In this document: positions 18,024-27,930 of the stretch, piece by piece | Layout: every line of letters starts with the position of its first letter | Numbering within the stretch: position 1 is the stretch's first letter | IMG/VR virus record: IMGVR_UViG_3300022719_000071 | Coordinates: 1-64,000 of that record | Strand: one strand, 5' to 3' | Source of the DNA: a virus | Lineage: Duplodnaviria > Caudoviricetes | DNA length: 64,000 nucleotides | Position numbers and translations under genes: made by a program | The notes under the pieces: model-generated | What the model was told of the DNA's origin: nothing | What the model saw: the letters and a program-made list of their open reading frames with translations, nothing else | Databases searched by the model: none

Positions 18024-20039
18024 TCAAAATCTTTCAGTACCACTAGGCGAAACAAATCGTTCGTCGGAATTCCTGTTCTGTTTCCCTTTCAGCTTCTTAG
18101 CTTTTCTCTTAGCGGATGGATCTTTCACATTTGTGGTTCGAGTTCTCATCATCCTTCGAATGATCTCATCTCCTCGTTGTTGAAGGGGACGAACAATTTT
18201 GTCGAGTTGGTTCAGGCTTCCCTGATTAGTTCTCGACTCGAATAGTAAGAGGCCACTATCAAGTTTTTCAGTAACAGAAAAACCAGCCAGTCGTATCTCG
18301 CTCGGGTCCAAGCCGCCATGTGTCCATTCGGGTTGAATAGGAGGACTAATAGGCTTCTTTTTCATTTCTCGATTTGCTTTCATAGTCCGGACTGCGAATT
18401 CTCGAAGCCACTTTATGGCCTTTGGCATTTGAAGAAGACCACCAGACAATCCACCACCCAACGCATGTTGAGCACACTGATTGAAGACTTTCTCATCGAT
18501 GAACTCATCATCAGAGTCGATGATGCCGCTCTTCATCGCACTGTCTAAAGCTGCCAGGAAGCTTTCTTTAATTGCCTTCTTATCACTTCCGAACAATTCA
18601 TCTTCTGCTTGGGTCAAAGTTCGATCAGTTCCGTCGCCAAAATCAAGCTTAACCGGTCTAAACAAATCCTCTGCCGCCAAGAGTCCGGACAATGCCACAT
18701 TAACACGATCTGCCACGTGTTCACGAACCTGTTCATCATCAGCATGCTCTTGGAGATTCTGAAAATACGTCACATATGCGATGTCATGCTTTTGTTCGTC
18801 CCTTCGGAGCATACGACCAATCGTTTGGATCGTTCTGGTGGTACTAGGACTAGGTGCGTGGTCATGTACCCGGCTTGCCGGGGGCCAATCCGTCCCCTCT
18901 CGCATCAAATTACAGGCAATGATTACATCAAAATCTGTTTCCCCGTCCTGCTCATACTTCTCCTTGTCAGCACGAAGCATAGCCTTGTTTTCGATCTTAG
19001 TTTCCTCCGTAACCAAGTCCAAACAACGAATACCGTGCTTCCCTAGTTCAGAGATCAAATTGGAGACCCACGAATCGTTCCTCTTTCTGAATCTCTTATT
19101 CCTAGCGGGTACGCAAACGATGTGTTTCTGCTTCGCTTCGGAAAGGATGATGTCGATTAGGATATCGAACGGATCTTCATCGTAACCAGTGCAATCATAA
19201 CGAAATTCAGAAATGTTCAGCCATTCCCAATGATCCTCGAACTCACGTTCATAGGTTTCAAACTTCCTGGATGCTTTTTCCAAGAACATCGGTCGTCCAT
19301 CACCACGAAAATGGGTTGCTGAAATGACAGATAATCCACTGTCGTCTAGTTTGAGTAAATCTTCACATACATCACCTAGCTGTGTACCTTCCTTCTCTAA
19401 GCGAGCTAGTTCTTTTTCATCCAGTTCCTCATCTTCACCAACAACACAAGATATATGATGAGCTTCATCGACTGCTAGCCATAAATTAGTTAAGGCGTTG
19501 CGCTTCTCTTCATTGGTCATATTGCGATAGGCTAGAACTAGAGAAGAATATGTGGAAATGGCAATTCTGCCGTCCATGGTGTTCGTAATGGGCTGTAGCA
19601 ACCATCTCTTCAGACCATCAACTACAGAATTCCTATGGTAACTGTCCTCTACACCACGGAAGTCGAATTCCGGAACAATACGAAATTTACAAATCGAACC
19701 GTCCTTTCGTTGAATATCAGCTATCTTGAATCCTTCTCCGATATGCTGTTGTGGTACCACAATCAGACTTTTCTTACCGACCTGAGCATAATGAAAGGCA
19801 CTAGCCTTGATGATTTCAGTTTTTCCAGATCCGGTGGGTGAAATCAGTTTGGAAAATCTGTTCCCTGTAAGGCAAACCACCGCATCATCCTGCCATGCAA
19901 AATCCCTGTTAAAGATCTTGGTTTTCGACTGTTTGACTGATGCCGTGTCTGATAATTCTCTGATCTTATGACCACGATCACCAACCAAAGCTGGTGGCAA
20001 AATCCTACCGGGAATAGATAGTCTAGCTATGGTGCTCAT
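18024..20039 (-). CDS. SF2 DEAD/DEAH-box helicase, YeeB/ResIII-like
   Basis: SPTGSGKT, VDEAHH, SATHFRGD, IIACNLMREGTDWP, IQTIGRMLR; start trimmed to MSTIARL (ATGA overlap with the upstream stop). Confidence 0.9.
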   Translation of the reverse strand: MSTIARLSIPGRILPPALVGDRGHKIRELSDTASVKQSKTKIFNRDFAWQDDAVVCLTGNRFSKLISPTGSGKTEIIKASAFHYAQVGKKSLIVVPQQHIGEGFKIADIQRKDGSICKFRIVPEFDFRGVEDSYHRNSVVDGLKRWLLQPITNTMDGRIAISTYSSLVLAYRNMTNEEKRNALTNLWLAVDEAHHISCVVGEDEELDEKELARLEKEGTQLGDVCEDLLKLDDSGLSVISATHFRGDGRPMFLEKASRKFETYEREFEDHWEWLNISEFRYDCTGYDEDPFDILIDIILSEAKQKHIVCVPARNKRFRKRNDSWVSNLISELGKHGIRCLDLVTEETKIENKAMLRADKEKYEQDGETDFDVIIACNLMREGTDWPPASRVHDHAPSPSTTRTIQTIGRMLRRDEQKHDIAYVTYFQNLQEHADDEQVREHVADRVNVALSGLLAAEDLFRPVKLDFGDGTDRTLTQAEDELFGSDKKAIKESFLAALDSAMKSGIIDSDDEFIDEKVFNQCAQHALGGGLSGGLLQMPKAIKWLREFAVRTMKANREMKKKPISPPIQPEWTHGGLDPSEIRLAGFSVTEKLDSGLLLFESRTNQGSLNQLDKIVRPLQQRGDEIIRRMMRTRTTNVKDPSAKRKAKKLKGKQNRNSDERFVSPSGTERF

Positions 20040-20650
20040 CGAGATCTCCAGAAGAAAAAGGTAATCATCTGTGTCTGGTTGACTTTCCCTGGGAGGTATG
20101 CATCGTATTGACCGAACTTTATATGTTCCCAAGACCGTGTTGCGGTACTGAATTCGAAACGATCCAAGATCCTACTTACGAATACATCATAGGGAATTTT
20201 TTTGGTTGGACTTCTCGGATTATCCATGCAGTAATTTGCACACACTAGGGTGTTCGGCCCAACCGAATCCAACGTCGCTGTTAACAGTGTAGAAGCAACT
20301 GGACTAATTTGGTCAAGCTGACTCATAGTGTCTAGATAGACAAGACCACCATTGGTACACGGATTATACCGTCGTACAATATCTGTCCATTCTCCTAAGT
20401 ACGTTTCGATTCCAGGAAACAAAGTTTTACAAGCCTGAACTTTTTCAGCGTCTCGATTGACTCCATGAAATTGTGCCTTCTTTAGAAACCCTTGTTCTTC
20501 TAGAGTTTGTAATTCGAACGAATTGTCATCCATCAGAGTCCAATATTGCTCTTCGGGAGATAGTACCCGCCGTCCCGTCAAATGGCTCCATACCTCAATG
20601 TTTTTGAGATGAGCCTTTTGCTTCCTATCATTTCGATAGTCGGGTTTCAC
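20036..20650 (-). CDS. Hypothetical protein, possible SAM-methyltransferase-like Rossmann fold
   Basis: GTG start after AGGA and its own promoter; FHGVNRD..., LVYLD strand pattern; translationally coupled to the helicase. Confidence 0.6.
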   Translation of the reverse strand: MKPDYRNDRKQKAHLKNIEVWSHLTGRRVLSPEEQYWTLMDDNSFELQTLEEQGFLKKAQFHGVNRDAEKVQACKTLFPGIETYLGEWTDIVRRYNPCTNGGLVYLDTMSQLDQISPVASTLLTATLDSVGPNTLVCANYCMDNPRSPTKKIPYDVFVSRILDRFEFSTATRSWEHIKFGQYDAYLPGKVNQTQMITFFFWRSR

Positions 20651-20773
20651 GGATTTCCTGCGTAGTAAAGTCAATATACTAGTAATGTAACGTTCGTCTA
20701 TTATCGTTGTCAAGAGAAAGAACAGAAATTTCCTCAAAATGTGGGGAGGGGCCACCACCCCTCCCCACATTTG

Positions 20774-21109
20774 TTATGCAGCCTGTCGCTGGGCGATCAT
20801 CTGCTCCCTGGCAGCTTCCTTCGCTTGCATACGCATCTGCATCATCATGCGTGCCTGCTCCTGAAGATTCATAAGCATACTCAGGTTCTTCCAACCATAA
20901 CTATTATTCCATTCTTCCGGACGAAGACTAGGCTTTCTCCAAAGCTTGTGCTGACGAATGCGCTTGCTGAGTTCCTTGTACTCCTTGCGCCAGCCATCAC
21001 GTTGCTCCAGATACTGTTCCTTGCCTTCGAAATCGAAGATGAAGTGATACTTGGTCTTAGGGCCGTCATCGGTCCAATCGGTCGTCTTAGTCATTTCATA
21101 GATAAACAT
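20774..21109 (-). CDS. Hypothetical protein
   Basis: Start MFIYEM after AAGGAG. Confidence 0.6.
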   Translation of the reverse strand: MFIYEMTKTTDWTDDGPKTKYHFIFDFEGKEQYLEQRDGWRKEYKELSKRIRQHKLWRKPSLRPEEWNNSYGWKNLSMLMNLQEQARMMMQMRMQAKEAAREQMIAQRQAA

Positions 21110-21518
21110 GGTAATTCTCCTTAACTGATGTTGCCCATAGTGGGCATAATTAAACTCAAATTGGGTATGTTGAGTTACAATTAAGGACCACGAATGTAAT
21201 ACCACTACGTCATGGTTCAATCCTCCTCGTATTTGGCTTTCAATTCGGGGTGAGACCGTAATCATCCAGGGTTTGATCATAAACATTCTACGTCATCTGA
21301 TTACCCTCTTTATTGAGACGTGCGAATTTCCACGATAAGAGATCTTATCGTGCGTGAAAATAAAACGGGAGGGTTTGTGGTTCTATATACCGAACTTAAT
21401 GAAGCCGTAGTCGCCTTCAGCCATCCACTCTTTGATACCCAGAACCCAAGAAGAATCACGGGTGATAATCTCATTATCCCCACCAGAGATGTCGGACCAT
21501 CCTTCATTGCAAATTGGC

Positions 21519-21884
21519 TTAATTGGATTCGTCATTTTTATCTTCCCGTGGATAGTTATCACATGTATTTATCAGAAGTATACCTTCGAGGAACTTACCT
21601 TTGCTGGCTTGTTTGTTGAATACTTCTTGTTCAACACCTTTCCAGTCTATGTCTAGGAAAAAACACAAGCATTTTAACACTTCAATTACATCAGCGTATT
21701 CTTCTATGCTCTTGTAATCCGAAGCACGTAGTTCATCAATCTCTTCCTGTAACTTAGCTTTTAGGTACCGAAGATGTTGCTTTCCTCCCCGTGGTAACCT
21801 AACCCAATCGTCGGGTGTAATTCTACTTTGGTACTGATCTCGAATGAGTTTCTTCTTTCGGACTTTCTTGCGATGCTTTACCAC
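21519..21884 (-). CDS. MazG-like nucleoside triphosphate pyrophosphohydrolase
   Basis: YLKAKLQEEIDE...IEEYADVIEVL. Confidence 0.65.
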   Translation of the reverse strand: MVKHRKKVRKKKLIRDQYQSRITPDDWVRLPRGGKQHLRYLKAKLQEEIDELRASDYKSIEEYADVIEVLKCLCFFLDIDWKGVEQEVFNKQASKGKFLEGILLINTCDNYPREDKNDESN

Positions 21885-22210
21885 GGTGTTCCCCGACTGA
21901 TGAACTGTCCTCTAAATCTAGTTACCTCATCAGTCAGAAACAAGACCAAAATGTTACACACCGTTCGATTAGTAGCAGGACCGCTGCTCCTAATACAAAC
22001 AGTGTGCCCTAGCGGCTTTGCTAAGGAACACCTTAGTCACTACCATGTCCGGAACGGAATGCACAATTGCCTACGCATTCGATCCACTGTCATACACCAA
22101 CACAGTCCATTTAATTTTCAGCCTTCCATTCATACACGAAGGTTATAAGAGGAATACAGCACCCACAATAAGTGCAATCAGAATTGCAAGGGCAACTCCC
22201 TGTCTTGGTT

Positions 22211-22675
22211 TCATTGTAAAATCTTCCAGCTACCATCGGCCTGACGACATGCGGTACCGTATGTCTGCTCTCGTTTTCCACCGATTGTCACAGTGTGAGA
22301 GAACTCACGGCACGGAGTACCATCATTACGGTATGTGGGAGCACGTGGCTCTACAACATGATATCCAGTGTCCGGGTTGGTCCAGGCGACCGGATGATTG
22401 CTTGGAGTGGTCTCAAGAACTCGTGTGGTGCGTAGGCGATCCTGATGGTCCATGTTGGCCCCGATGCTATTACCGATAGCGGCACCAGCCAGAGCACCGA
22501 TGGCGACGGCTGCGAGCTTGCCAGAGCCTCCACCAATCTGGGATCCAAGGAGAGCACCACCGGCTGCACCGATGAGTGTGCCACCAGCCTGATTGGGACC
22601 GTTACCCAGGGTTTGGCATCCAGCGACAGAACCAGAAATGAGTAGCACTGCTACGATACGAGTCAAGATATTCAT
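22211..22675 (-). CDS. 17-kDa surface antigen-like lipoprotein (glycine-zipper 2TM + RT0821/Lpp0805-like domain)
   Basis: VAG-C lipobox, GTLIGAAGGALLGSQIGGG, WTNPDTG, CREFSHTVTIGG..YGTACRQADGSWKI. Confidence 0.85.
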   Translation of the reverse strand: MNILTRIVAVLLISGSVAGCQTLGNGPNQAGGTLIGAAGGALLGSQIGGGSGKLAAVAIGALAGAAIGNSIGANMDHQDRLRTTRVLETTPSNHPVAWTNPDTGYHVVEPRAPTYRNDGTPCREFSHTVTIGGKREQTYGTACRQADGSWKILQ

Positions 22676-22699
22676 GTTGTTTCAATCCTCATGTTGAGT

Positions 22700-22777
22700 T
22701 GGTGCCCCTGGAGGGATTCGAACCCCCGACGCAGGAATTTAGAGTTCCCCGCTCTGACCAGACTGAGCTACAGGAGC
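22700..22777 (-). tRNA. Amber suppressor tRNA (anticodon CTA)
   Basis: GCTCCTG/CAGGGGC-ACCA, GCTC/GAGC D stem, GGGAA-CTCTAAA-TTCCT anticodon arm, GGGGG-TTCGAAT-CCCTC. Confidence 0.9.
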
Positions 22778-22835
22778 TTTCATGGGCTTAGGAGGCACAC
22801 GGCCTCCCTTCACCCTCAGTTGCCGACGAAAGTAG

Positions 22836-24758
22836 TTATCGCTGAGCGGTTTTCTCGATATCAGTCTTCTTCGGAATGACAGGCTCATTGGCCTTGGTCT
22901 GAAGCACACCACCGCCCGTCAAGACTGCTGCCAGTCCCTCCAGGGAGCCGATGCCACCCATACCAGCCTCGCTACCGCCATTCACGACCACGATGCCGGG
23001 GACCGTCTTCTGGATGTGATCCAGCGCAGCCGGATTGTCCAGAACCAGTTCCAGCATCTTCAGACGTGCCACGATATCCTTACCGAGTACGGTAGCCTGA
23101 ACCTCCTGACCCTTGGCCACTTCCTCCAGATACTTTCGGTCAGCACGACCACGAGCGTCACGCTCCTGTTCGTACTGAAGAGCACGTTCCACAGCGATCT
23201 GAGCCTTCACAAGCTCGGGCTGCTGGTCAGCCGTTGCTGCTGCGTTCTCCTTGGCGATACGCTCCTGCTGAGCCAGACGCTCCTGCTCCATGGTCTTCAC
23301 CATGGCAAAGGCAAGCTGCGTGCGCTTGGAAGGAAGCAGAACTTCAGGAGGAAGATCAGGCTTCAGGAAACGAACCTCACGGATCGTCACACCAGCTTTC
23401 TCACCTTCCGGACGGATCTTCTCTTCTGCCAAAGACTGAAGCTTCTCACGATTGGTGATCAGATCCATTGGCTCGATAGGACGACGAACCTGACGGGTGA
23501 TAGCCTTACCAGTATCGTCATCGATTACTGGTTTACCAGTCTTGTCGTCCATGACGGCTTCTGTCACGTTGATGAACGTACCGGCAAGGTCACGAAGCGT
23601 TGACTGAGTAGCGGGCGTCACGATGCGGTCCTCAACCTCTTGCAAACCACCGACCGACGCCACAATGAACGGAGCATTCGATGGGTCCACCTGAACGAGA
23701 ATACGAGCACCCTGCCAAATGGTGTAACCGTTGATCTTGATATCGATGGCTGGTGCAGCGGACGACTCAGGATCGAACGGAACTTCCTTCTTTGAAGAAT
23801 TCTGACTGATGTCACCCTTTTGGTCCACTGACAGTGAAACCGTTCGACTGGTGAAACCACCCTCGTATTCCCATGCTTGCACACGGACGGGAACCAGGGT
23901 CACGCTGTATACATCCTCGTTGATGTAATATTGACCCTGACCCAGAGCTGTGTCCCAGATACCGACACAGCCCACTGGAACTAGCGGAGTGGACAGAGAC
24001 TCACCACCACGCTCGGAAGCGGTAGGAGCACAGTTCTCAGGATATGCGGCGGTCATTTCCGAACCGAAGTTCACAGACGAAACCGTGTTCGCCTTGATGA
24101 CAGCCACCGTACCCTCGGGAACGTTGGTTAGCTTGCGAGGCTTGCTGACGTTCCACAGATAGGTGTTGAGTCGGTACTTACCAGGAGGCAGGACCGTTGC
24201 TTGCGGACCCTTGTAGCCGACCTTCATGTCATCACCTGCGGAAAGGAACGCAACGGCATCCAAGTACGTATTCAGTTCGCCCTGGAAAGAAGGTGCGTAG
24301 GTGACGCCGGGAGGCAGCGGCTTACCGTCACGTGCAGACAGTGTTGCATAGCTACCCGGTGGTACCTCGATAATCTGAATAATCTCCACGTCATGCAGGA
24401 TGTTCAGACCCGGAATGAAGTGGAAGCCAGGACCGATGATCTCGGCACGTGGACCCTTGGTATTGCCGACAGCGATAATCTTCCCTGACTCCAGGTCGGA
24501 AGCGAAATAGATGCGCTTCATCAGCGCTGCCTCATTGTCACCCACTGTCACGAACGAAGTTGCCAACACCAGAAAACCGCCAAGAGCCAGAAGCCCGAAG
24601 CGAAGTCCATGACTGATCATCTTCACGAGACCAGGGGTTTCGATGACCCGCTCTTTCGTATCACGGTCGTAACGAGTCTGTGCCAACGCACGGTTCAGCA
24701 GAATAGGGATTAGCAGTGCACCAATGATGCACAGTAGGATTGCGATAATCATACCCAT
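22836..24758 (-). CDS. SPFH/band-7 (flotillin-like) membrane protein
   Basis: Two N-terminal TMs, repeated GPRAEIIGPGFHF/LPPGKYRLN units, GVTIREVRF, C-terminal coiled coil. Confidence 0.8.
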   Translation of the reverse strand: MGMIIAILLCIIGALLIPILLNRALAQTRYDRDTKERVIETPGLVKMISHGLRFGLLALGGFLVLATSFVTVGDNEAALMKRIYFASDLESGKIIAVGNTKGPRAEIIGPGFHFIPGLNILHDVEIIQIIEVPPGSYATLSARDGKPLPPGVTYAPSFQGELNTYLDAVAFLSAGDDMKVGYKGPQATVLPPGKYRLNTYLWNVSKPRKLTNVPEGTVAVIKANTVSSVNFGSEMTAAYPENCAPTASERGGESLSTPLVPVGCVGIWDTALGQGQYYINEDVYSVTLVPVRVQAWEYEGGFTSRTVSLSVDQKGDISQNSSKKEVPFDPESSAAPAIDIKINGYTIWQGARILVQVDPSNAPFIVASVGGLQEVEDRIVTPATQSTLRDLAGTFINVTEAVMDDKTGKPVIDDDTGKAITRQVRRPIEPMDLITNREKLQSLAEEKIRPEGEKAGVTIREVRFLKPDLPPEVLLPSKRTQLAFAMVKTMEQERLAQQERIAKENAAATADQQPELVKAQIAVERALQYEQERDARGRADRKYLEEVAKGQEVQATVLGKDIVARLKMLELVLDNPAALDHIQKTVPGIVVVNGGSEAGMGGIGSLEGLAAVLTGGGVLQTKANEPVIPKKTDIEKTAQR

Positions 24759-24842
24759 GTGTAGTTTCTCCCCTTATAGAATTTATGGAATTGAGACTGC
24801 AAATATATCCCTCCAATCAAGGTATGTCAAACTTACTTTTCT

Positions 24843-25148
24843 TTAAGAAGGTTTCCACTGAGTTCGACGGTGTTTCTTCCAGTTTTTGCAGTTGAAGTCG
24901 GAACGAACGTAATCATCCCAAGCGTTGGGTAGGCTGTGTGACTTACGACGACCACGAATATTCACACCGTAGTAAATTTCATCTTCGGTGAGGTAAGAGG
25001 CTCGGCGTTCTTGTGTGGTGCGTGGATTTCGTAGAATGGAACCGTAACCACCGCCACGCCAACAGTGGGTATGTGGAACGGGATCGTAACGATATTCAAA
25101 GGGTAGCCAGCGAAGACCGCCCTTCCAGGTACGAGTGTAATGTTTCAT
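24843..25148 (-). CDS. Hypothetical basic protein
   Basis: 101-aa ORF ending KNWKKHRRTQWK. Confidence 0.6.
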   Translation of the reverse strand: MKHYTRTWKGGLRWLPFEYRYDPVPHTHCWRGGGYGSILRNPRTTQERRASYLTEDEIYYGVNIRGRRKSHSLPNAWDDYVRSDFNCKNWKKHRRTQWKPS

Positions 25149-25401
25149 TGATCATCTCCTTTAGGTGATTAACCTAAAAGAAATGATCGATGTCCTCTCT
25201 GTAGTGATTCATGTCTTGTGTTCATCAAATGAAACCCAAATCCCACCGTCACACATATCTCGCTCGTATGTTGCGAAGGGACGCATTGCTTCAAACTCAG
25301 TTTCAGTAATTTCCTCATAAATTGCTAGTGGATGAGGAAATGGCCGTTCGCTTTTCATCATAGCCCACATATGTCCGTGAACATCTCGAAGGCGATGATA
25401 T

Positions 25402-26163
25402 TTAACTCGTGTATTCATCAATGTTGAACTGCTTTGCCCGTTCCGGCAAAATCGGCAGCATGTCACGCTTGTACCATTTAACCAGTTCAGGCATATTGGG
25501 TATCAACTTGCGTTTCTGATGTTCCGTTCTTGGCTTTTTGAGTCTCGGCAACTGAGTATCATCCGTACCCCTACTTAGTCCCGTGGCTTGCATAATTTCA
25601 CCACGAGTCTTTAATTTGGACAAATCTTCATAGTAGAGAACCTTTCGAATGGCTCGCACTGGACCTCGGTCTACGAATTCATAATAGATGCGGTATGATT
25701 CCCGCATGTAATTACCCATAGCAATAGTGAAAGGAATAGCTTTGTCAACAGGCTCAATGTTATCTTCTTGACGAACAGTCCATACTTCAGTTTCATATGC
25801 AATCACCGCCGAAATCACTGCATCGATTGGCCGTTTTCTTTCCACTGCGATGAATTCATAACCCTCTCTCATCAACCATTCGAAAATAGGACGATGAGCA
25901 ACGTCATGAGGGAAAACCTTAGTGAAATAATCGTGATGCTGATATTTCATCATCAGCAATAGACGCTCATCACGGCTTTGCTCTAGGCTTTTAAGAGCTT
26001 TGTCACTGGTATAATGATTGACTAACTGACCACCCTCCTCAACCAAAATGTTTTCAGACTTCGGTGGGAAGGGCTCGTTGATAGAGTATCGAAAGTGGGG
26101 TCGAATGGTAGTATACAGAAGTGATGTTCCGTTTCTTGGTACACCGAAGATCGCTAGTCTCAT
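25402..26163 (-). CDS. Sulfotransferase-like protein
   Basis: IFGVPRNGTSLL PAPS-binding loop, NEPF, ERKRPIDAVIS, LYYEDL. Confidence 0.7.
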   Translation of the reverse strand: MRLAIFGVPRNGTSLLYTTIRPHFRYSINEPFPPKSENILVEEGGQLVNHYTSDKALKSLEQSRDERLLLMMKYQHHDYFTKVFPHDVAHRPIFEWLMREGYEFIAVERKRPIDAVISAVIAYETEVWTVRQEDNIEPVDKAIPFTIAMGNYMRESYRIYYEFVDRGPVRAIRKVLYYEDLSKLKTRGEIMQATGLSRGTDDTQLPRLKKPRTEHQKRKLIPNMPELVKWYKRDMLPILPERAKQFNIDEYTS

Positions 26164-26177
26164 TCAACTATCCTGTA

Positions 26178-26252
26178 TGGTGGGTCCGGTAGGAATCGAA
26201 CCTACGACTTCTACCATGTCACGGTAGCACTCTGCCTCTGAGTTACGGACCC
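26178..26252 (-). tRNA. tRNA-Val(GAC)
   Basis: CTACC-GTGACAT-GGTAG; GGGTCCG/CGGACCC-ACCA. Confidence 0.95.
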
Positions 26253-26406
26253 TGCTGTACGTTTTGATCTGGTTCCTGTTGTGGACAGCCTTCGTGGCGA
26301 AGTCTCCAGGTCTGGTAGATATCGCCTATCAGTATGTATCTAATTGCAGTCAGGACTGGCCGATTTTTGATACGAACCACCGGCCATCCCAATTTGTCCC
26401 GGATGA

Positions 26407-26808
26407 TCATCGACGCTGGCTGAATCCGAAGCTAAAGCCATGGTGACCATGACCACCCACCGAGAAACCGAACTGCACGCTGGAACCACGGTGATGTCCA
26501 TACTTACGGTGCTTGTAATGTCCATACTTACGGTGCTTGTAATGTCCATACCCATGACCGTAGCGGGGCTGATGGAAGCACTCTCGGTAGCACGTATTCG
26601 GGCCGTAGTGACCACCGTGATGGTAATGGCGGCTGCCATGTCGCCCACTATGACGAGTCACACCGTACGGGTAGTGATGCTCCACGATAACACGACCGAC
26701 GTGGTGTGCGCTGGCATCTTTCATAACAACGGCGTAGAGAGAGATGGCGATGAAAATGCCCATCAGCACTCGGAAAGCTATCTTGAAATAGGTGATATTC
26801 ATGTTCAT
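26407..26808 (-). CDS. Exported His/Gly/Tyr-rich protein
   Basis: Signal peptide, His-rich body. Confidence 0.6.
   Translation of the reverse strand: MNMNITYFKIAFRVLMGIFIAISLYAVVMKDASAHHVGRVIVEHHYPYGVTRHSGRHGSRHYHHGGHYGPNTCYRECFHQPRYGHGYGHYKHRKYGHYKHRKYGHHRGSSVQFGFSVGGHGHHGFSFGFSQRR
26494..26551. repeat. 24-bp tandem repeat (about 2.4 copies)
   Basis: ATGTCCATACTTACGGTGCTTGTA x2 plus 10 bp; encodes YKHRKYGH repeats on the minus strand. Confidence 0.9.
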
Positions 26809-26951
26809 GCCCTCTAATGTGATTATTTACTTGATGATAGCGGTTTTCTTGAGAGAAGTCAAGAAGTCAATCGAAGAGTTAGACCAAGGGTCACTTCTTG
26901 GTAAAATTTGGGGGGACACGACTGCTTTTTAAGGAAGCAAGAAACCTTTTG

Positions 26952-27024
<73 letters not shown>

Positions 27025-27029
27025 AAATT

Positions 27030-27105
27030 TGGTGGAGAGTGCGGGATTTGAACCCGCATGACTGCCGTGCAAAGGCAGCATAATCCCAGGTTATATGAAC
27101 TCCCC
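27030..27105 (-). tRNA. tRNA-Ala(TGC)
   Basis: CTGCC-TTTGCAC-GGCAG; ends ACCA. Confidence 0.95.
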
Positions 27106-27335
27106 AATTACCGAAACCGACCCGCCTCCACACACGCTGCACTAAGGTACTATTCTATGTTGAGGCTACGGAGCGTCTCTATAATATATTTATAGTTCTT
27201 TTATCTTTTGTTGTCAAGGTTTCCACGGAATTCTTTCCAGAACCTCTTAGCTACCTGCCACGGGGTTTTCCAGTTCCGGAACCAAAACCAAGGCAATGCC
27301 GAATGACCACATCAAAATTAGAATGGTTGCTTCCA

Positions 27336-27878
27336 TCAGAAAATGACCTTGATTTCCACGACTTCCAGGTTCATAGGATTGACTCCCTCAAAGTCGATTG
27401 CCACCAAAACCTCATTGGATGAAGCCACTGGCATATTCTCTCCCCGTGGATTTTGCTGTAGTAACTTCAAGAATTCTACGATGTGCTGTTGATTGCCACT
27501 GGTCATTGGTGAAAAGCTCATCTCACTTCCACCATCACGAAGAACGAAGGTGCCATCGTCTTGCTTGCTGACGCCGAGAGAAACAAGGTTCCCCGTGGTT
27601 GTATTCTTGACACCCCACAGTTTGTGCATCGTCACCCGACTCCAATTGATTGGAGTGAACAAGTGGTTTACAGTCCATGTGAAGACCTCCGAGTCTTCCT
27701 GGTGCACCATGGAGAGGAAAGAATCTTTACTCAGCATCGCATCGGAGATATGCTTCTCGTATGCGACCTCAATGGCTCGATGGATATCATCCTTAATCTC
27801 ATCGTCTGCGGTCTCGTCAAAAAGATTGAGCTTCGGACGAACTGCATCAATGAACTTCTGTACTTCCGGATAGATCAT
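27336..27878 (-). CDS. Hypothetical protein
   Basis: 180-aa ORF. Confidence 0.6.
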   Translation of the reverse strand: MIYPEVQKFIDAVRPKLNLFDETADDEIKDDIHRAIEVAYEKHISDAMLSKDSFLSMVHQEDSEVFTWTVNHLFTPINWSRVTMHKLWGVKNTTTGNLVSLGVSKQDDGTFVLRDGGSEMSFSPMTSGNQQHIVEFLKLLQQNPRGENMPVASSNEVLVAIDFEGVNPMNLEVVEIKVIF

Positions 27879-27930
27879 ACCATAATTTCCTTAATTCCGT
27901 CTTCGATTTTGTGCCGTCATGATACCCTCC

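Noticed and set aside
18024-20039. Helicase as Cas3 or DinG
   Set aside because: No HD nuclease domain or Fe-S cysteine cluster; motifs fit YeeB/ResIII-like helicases.
21895-21935. CTGATGAG hammerhead core
   Set aside because: It is sequestered in a 9-bp hairpin and has no GAAA/stem III.
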